Of a stretch of 45,163 nt of DNA, positions 41,575 to 45,163 are shown piece after piece; the first letter of the stretch is position 1, and each line of letters begins with the position of its first letter. The DNA comes from Clostridia bacterium (GTDB lineage: Bacteria; Bacillota; Clostridia; Oscillospirales; CAG-272): the NCBI GenBank assembly GCA_017935195.1, contig JAGBIB010000065.1:1-45163 (forward strand), written 5' to 3'. The position numbers were made by a program, and so were the translations under genes. The notes beneath the pieces were generated by a model, which searched no databases, was not told where the DNA came from, and saw nothing but the letters and a program-made list of their open reading frames with translations.

Positions 41575-42375
41575 TCAAAAAAACTTCTTGATCTTCTCAA
41601 GAGCATTCTTCTCAAGCCTGGATACCTGCGCCTGGGAGATACCGATCTCCCCCGCAATCTCCATTTGGGTGCGCCCTGCAAAAAAGCGCAGCGACACGAT
41701 CTTCTTTTCTCTTTCGTTCAGATGCGCCAGCGCCTCCTTTAAGGCAATGGATTCAAGCCAGCTCTCATCGCAGCTTTGAGGATCGCTTAACTGGTCCATC
41801 AGATAGACCGAGTCGCCCGAGGAGGCATCGGAATAAACCGGATCAAAGAGGGAGAGGGGCTGGGCAATGGCGTCAAGAGCGGCAGAGACCTCCTCACAGG
41901 TATGGGGTTCTTGGGGACGCTCACGGTTGAGTTCCGCAGTGATCTCGCAAGGGCGCACTTCTCTTTCAAGCTTTGCAGATAGCCGATCCCTTGCCTGCAG
42001 GGCTCTGTAGGCGAGATCACGCATGGAACGAGAAACACGAATCGCATTGTTGTCCCTTAAATACCGCCTCACTTCTCCAATGATCATGGGGACAGCGTAG
42101 GTGGAAAATCGGACATCCAACTCGGTGTTGAAATTGTCCACCGCCTTGATCAGCCCGATGCACCCCACCTGAAAGAGATCGTCCATGTTCTCTCCTCTGC
42201 CCGCAAAACGCTGAATAATGGACAAAACCAGCCGCAAATTGCCGTCGATCAGCCTGTTTCGGGCGTGTTCATCCCCCTGCTTTGCCCTTTTCAAAAGCTC
42301 CTCTGTCTCCTCCGCCTTCAAGACCTTTAATTTGGAGGTGTTCACGCCACACAATTCCACCCTTGAAAAATGCAT
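41575..42375 (-). CDS. sigG: Forespore sporulation sigma factor SigG
   Basis: VELCGVNTSKLKVLK, GNLRLVLSIIQRF, DDLFQVGCIGLIKAVDNF, FSTYAVPMIIGEVRRYLRDNNAIRVSRSMRD and ISQAQVSRLEK match SigG rather than SigF. The start is taken at MHFSRVE. Confidence 0.9.
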   Translation of the reverse strand: MHFSRVELCGVNTSKLKVLKAEETEELLKRAKQGDEHARNRLIDGNLRLVLSIIQRFAGRGENMDDLFQVGCIGLIKAVDNFNTELDVRFSTYAVPMIIGEVRRYLRDNNAIRVSRSMRDLAYRALQARDRLSAKLEREVRPCEITAELNRERPQEPHTCEEVSAALDAIAQPLSLFDPVYSDASSGDSVYLMDQLSDPQSCDESWLESIALKEALAHLNEREKKIVSLRFFAGRTQMEIAGEIGISQAQVSRLEKNALEKIKKFF

Positions 42376-42441
42376 CCTTTTCCCCAACGCCCGAGGGCGC
42401 CCTTTCCTTTTTCAACCGAACGCTTCAGCGTCGACAAAAGA

Positions 42442-42471
42442 AGTATTCGCCTCTCGTGCCTCCTCTTATGC
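42442..42471 (-). promoter_or_regulatory. Candidate forespore-type (sigmaF/sigmaG) promoter of sigG
   Basis: Minus strand GCATA (42467..42471)-N18-GAATACT (42442..42448), loosely resembling GHATR-N17/18-CATxxTA. Confidence 0.25.
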
Positions 42472-42759
42472 AAAAAAAGGAGAGCAGAAATTTTTTCCGT
42501 TTCTTAAAAAACGGTGGCTTTTTGAGTTTTTCTGAAAATTTTACTGAATTTTTTCTGCAGCACCCGTCAATTATTCACAAAGAATTCATCTGCGCATGAT
42601 ATAGTGAAAGAAGCGGATGGCCATCCGCATCCGAAGAAAAGACGAAACGTGTCTGCGATCAAGTTTCCTCCAAACGGCCAAATTACTGCCCGTTTCGTCT
42701 TTTGTTCTCGGAGCATCAACAGTATCTGCCCGCAGGGGGCGAAAGGTCAGGTGTTCGGT

Positions 42760-43218
42760 ATGAAGTTTATAGAAAAGCTGCAGAGATTTATGATGGGACG
42801 GTACGGAAGCGACAAGCTGAACCGTTTTCTACTCATCGTTGCTCTGGTCTTCATGGCAGTGGGCTTCGTTTTTACCCTTTTGGGTCTGCCCATCCTTTCC
42901 ATTATATGCTCCCTTGCAGAAACCGGACTGATCGTGCTGGTCTTTTACCGCACTCTTTCAAGAAAGGTGTATGTCCGTGCCGCAGAAAACGCCAAGTTTT
43001 TAAGAGTTTACGGCAAGATATCCTCCTTTTTCAGAAAACCGTGGGGAAAGCTGAAAGGCTTTTTCAACCTGCGCCGTGCCATGTGGAGAGACAGAAAGAC
43101 CCACGTTTTCAAAAAATGTCCCCACTGCAAGTCGGTCCTCCGGTTGCCCCGAAAGAAGGGGCACCACACCGTGAAGTGCATCCGTTGCGCCCATCGGTTC
43201 GAGGTGGACGTGAAATAA
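42760..43218 (+). CDS. Membrane protein with a C-terminal zinc ribbon
   Basis: 152 aa from ATG 42760 with two TM helices. KKCPHCKSVLRLPRKKGHHTVKCIRCAHRFEV has two CxxC pairs. Confidence 0.6.
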   Translation: MKFIEKLQRFMMGRYGSDKLNRFLLIVALVFMAVGFVFTLLGLPILSIICSLAETGLIVLVFYRTLSRKVYVRAAENAKFLRVYGKISSFFRKPWGKLKGFFNLRRAMWRDRKTHVFKKCPHCKSVLRLPRKKGHHTVKCIRCAHRFEVDVK

Positions 43219-43261
43219 ACAAAACGGCTGTGAATGCAATGCATTCACAGCCGTTTTGTTT
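43217..43261. terminator. Bidirectional terminator
   Basis: AAACAAAACGGCTGTGAATGC-AAT-GCATTCACAGCCGTTTTGTTT, a perfect 21-bp arm pair. Confidence 0.9.
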
Positions 43262-43273
43262 GGAAATATTCGT

Positions 43274-44311
43274 TTATTCCTTTGGAGGAGCGTACTTTCT
43301 TCTGCCCTCGCGGTTTCGTTTGATCACGTTATAAATGCTGATGGCAATACCCAAAAGCGCCAGAACACCCACGATCACAAGGAAGAAAAACATAATGACG
43401 TAAAAGAGATTGGTGCCGAGGAAAACGGTGCCCTCCTCGTCCTCCACCACTTGACTGCCCTCGGGAGAGACGGAAAGGTCGTAGCTTTTGCCGTGAAGCT
43501 TTCCGCAAAGGTTGCCCAGATCCGCCGAAAGGTAGAGCACGGGATCCTCGTTTCCGCTGTAGGAGGAGGTAGCCGCAAAGGCGATCTTCCCCTTCTCCTC
43601 TACCGCTGCAACGCCTGCAGCCGTGCGCTTGCCCGCACCGTCCACCACCGAGCCACCGATATAAAAGAGGGTATTTTCAAGATAGCGGTCATCCTTCTCG
43701 TCAAGTAAGGGAGCTCTTCTGGTGCTATCCCCCTTTTCGCCCTCAAGACGGTAAACTCTTGTGGCAAAAAGAGGACGAAGAAGGTCGTTTTCATAGATCT
43801 TTTGCCCTATGATCAGCAGATCCGAGGTGGTAGAAAGGCTGCTTTCAAAGGCAGGATCGTCCAGCTTCATCAGAGCATAAAGCTCCTTTTCTCTGTTCAC
43901 CGCCCCCGTCAGACTGCCAAAGGAGGTGCGGTGAAGCCCCCATTCATCAACAAGGGCGTTCATCTTTTCAAGAAGCGCCTCCGCGCCGCCTGCGGTGTCC
44001 ACCACCTTTTTCATATAGACCTTGCCCAGATCGCCCGAAAAATCGTAGACGATGCGTGCCGCATCCTCTCTGCTCTCAAGCCCCAGCTCGGTTGCCGCAA
44101 AAAGAGTCATGGCACGCACAAGCTCGGGAGGAAGAAGCAGGCTTTCGGTGTTTTTAAAGGAGCGCTCCTCCTGTTCACCCATAAGAGCGGCACTGTAGCC
44201 GGTGCAGGCGTAGCTCACTCCCGCTGTGCCGCCGCAGGCGCAAAGAAGGGGAAAAAGGGTCAGAAGCACCAAAGCAAGGCTCAAAAGCCTGCAGGTCTTT
44301 TTATTTTTCAT
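43274..44311 (-). CDS. PBP5/DacB-like (peptidase S11 fold) lipoprotein lacking the SxxK, SxN and KTG motifs, with a C-terminal TM anchor
   Basis: Lipobox LLCACGG. PPELVRAMT replaces PASLTKxMT, FSGD replaces SGN, LLEKMNALVDEWGLHRTSFGSLTG is a conserved S11 block, and YIGGSVVDGAG replaces KTGxTxxAG. C-terminal TM helix FYVIMFFFLVIVGVLALLGIAISI. ATG 44311 has GAAAGG 9 nt upstream. Confidence 0.65.
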   Translation of the reverse strand: MKNKKTCRLLSLALVLLTLFPLLCACGGTAGVSYACTGYSAALMGEQEERSFKNTESLLLPPELVRAMTLFAATELGLESREDAARIVYDFSGDLGKVYMKKVVDTAGGAEALLEKMNALVDEWGLHRTSFGSLTGAVNREKELYALMKLDDPAFESSLSTTSDLLIIGQKIYENDLLRPLFATRVYRLEGEKGDSTRRAPLLDEKDDRYLENTLFYIGGSVVDGAGKRTAAGVAAVEEKGKIAFAATSSYSGNEDPVLYLSADLGNLCGKLHGKSYDLSVSPEGSQVVEDEEGTVFLGTNLFYVIMFFFLVIVGVLALLGIAISIYNVIKRNREGRRKYAPPKE

Positions 44312-44354
44312 AGGTTTCATCCTTTCGTCGAGCGTTTATCTTTTGGTATGCCTT

Positions 44355-44383
44355 AGTATACCACAAAATGAGAAGGAAGTCAA
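44355..44383 (-). promoter_or_regulatory. sigmaA-type promoter of the PBP5-like gene
   Basis: Minus strand TTGACT (44378..44383)-N17-TATACT (44355..44360). Confidence 0.55.
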
Positions 44384-44496
44384 TGCACCGTTGGGGGGAG
44401 TGCAATCTCATTGGCCGTAAGCTCACATCCTTTGCACCTCCTTTGCCGAAGGCTGCTTCATTAGCGAAGCGCCGCAGGCGCATTTCATTCAAAAAA

Positions 44497-44527
44497 GCAC
44501 ACATTGTCTTGGTAGACAAATGTGTGC
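44497..44527. terminator. Bidirectional terminator at the boundary with the AT-rich right edge
   Basis: AAAAAA-GCACACATTGTC-TTGGTA-GACA(A)ATGTGTGC-TTTTTT. Confidence 0.8.
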
Positions 44528-44595
44528 TTTTTTCTGCGAAAGAGTAACCAAACGGAGCATAATTGAGGTAAAAGTAAGCAAAAGTAGTGTAGCAA

Positions 44596-44973
44596 TCAAA
44601 AATATTGCTTATACTCCGGTTCTGCTTTTAATTCATTAAGCAATTCGTCTATATTTTCAAAAACGGATTTCCCGACAATTCCTCTAAATGGCTCCCAAAT
44701 AGCAGGCAGCACATTGTCATGTGAACAAATATATTTCCATTCGTCTTCATCATACTGATGGATTGCTTCCAGCTGATAAGTGAAAAAATCATTTTCGTCC
44801 TTCAGTACAACATACCTCATCGAGCGATCTTTTGAATAAATCACTTTTGCAATTTCATCGGAAAATGCATCCAGATGTTTGTCGTACATCATTTCAACGA
44901 CAGTTTCCCAAGAGGGCATTGGCGGTGTTTCTTCCTTTAATTTCTTCTTAAACAATTTTGTAAAGAAGTTCAT
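44596..44973 (-). CDS. Hypothetical small cytoplasmic protein in an AT-rich segment (immunity-protein-like in flavour only)
   Basis: 125 aa with RBS AAAGGAGAA, acidic and Trp/Tyr-rich (DEDEWKYICSHDNVLPAIWEPF). I recognise no family. Confidence 0.5.
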   Translation of the reverse strand: MNFFTKLFKKKLKEETPPMPSWETVVEMMYDKHLDAFSDEIAKVIYSKDRSMRYVVLKDENDFFTYQLEAIHQYDEDEWKYICSHDNVLPAIWEPFRGIVGKSVFENIDELLNELKAEPEYKQYF

Positions 44974-45163
44974 TTTACATTCTCCTTTGCGGTTTTACAA
45001 GATGCAATCAAAAGCCTGCGGATATTGCCACAAAGTTTCTCTGCGTGTTGATATGTTGCATTATCTATCCGTTTGGTTTCAAACATAAGTTTTAGCCAAT
45101 AGCTTGTTTCGTTGGATTCTTTCAATGGAGTGGTATAATTAAAGTAGAGTCGACAAACTCACG

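Noticed and set aside
44301-44519. A 72-aa minus-strand ORF upstream of the PBP5-like gene.
   Set aside because: It spans that gene's promoter (TTGACT-N17-TATACT) and a terminator arm, and it has no RBS.
1-45163. A search for rRNA or tRNA genes, riboswitch-like leaders, toxin-antitoxin pairs, restriction-modification, Cas, retron/RT, Abi or other known defence modules, and phage genes.
   Set aside because: I recognised none. The long leaders present (VTC operon, zincin operon, MinD-like operon) do not resemble riboswitch classes I can recall. Infernal/Rfam and DefenseFinder or PADLOC runs would be the decisive checks.

Overview
This 45,163-bp chromosomal segment reads like a GC-rich, spore-forming Clostridia-type Firmicute. 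This is an inference from sigG, a CotH-family gene, many lipobox lipoproteins, AGGAGG-type RBSs and TTGACA-N17-TATAAT-type promoters; I computed no GC values and ran no searches. I support about 37 protein genes, one intact IS30-family insertion sequence, about 16 intrinsic terminators and about 12 promoter or operator sites. I see no rRNA, tRNA, CRISPR array, prophage or recognisable defence island. Left to right: MBOAT + DHHW O-acylation pair; typA; ArsR/SmtB-HMA-P1B ATPase Zn/Cd efflux module; exported CotH-like lipoprotein; luxS-mtnN; VTC(triphosphate-tunnel)-DUF4956 pair; AraC + GH36-like lipoprotein; MATE, then MFS-GDPD; IS30; MinD-like + MGS-like pair; two tandem paralogous HEMGH zincin lipoproteins; L-serine dehydratase; CE4 deacetylase lipoprotein; small Cys-rich protein; DEDDh exonuclease; a 1,507-aa LamG-GDPD-dockerin-LamG-LamG exoprotein; an AT-richer lipoprotein gene; mnmM-hydroxyacid dehydrogenase-EamA operon; acpP; sigG; zinc-ribbon membrane protein; a PBP5-like lipoprotein; an AT-rich right edge. 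Four candidates for undescribed biology stand out. (1) The two-gene VTC-domain + DUF4956 membrane module sits next to an exported CotH kinase-like lipoprotein, a possible split bacterial analogue of the eukaryotic VTC polyphosphate polymerase/translocase. (2) A MinD-like ATPase and an MGS-like protein form an operon in which both have lost canonical catalytic residues. (3) The tandem HEMGH lipoprotein paralogs. (4) A PBP5-like lipoprotein lacks all three penicillin-binding motifs. All family calls rest on motif recognition from memory and need HMM or structure searches.
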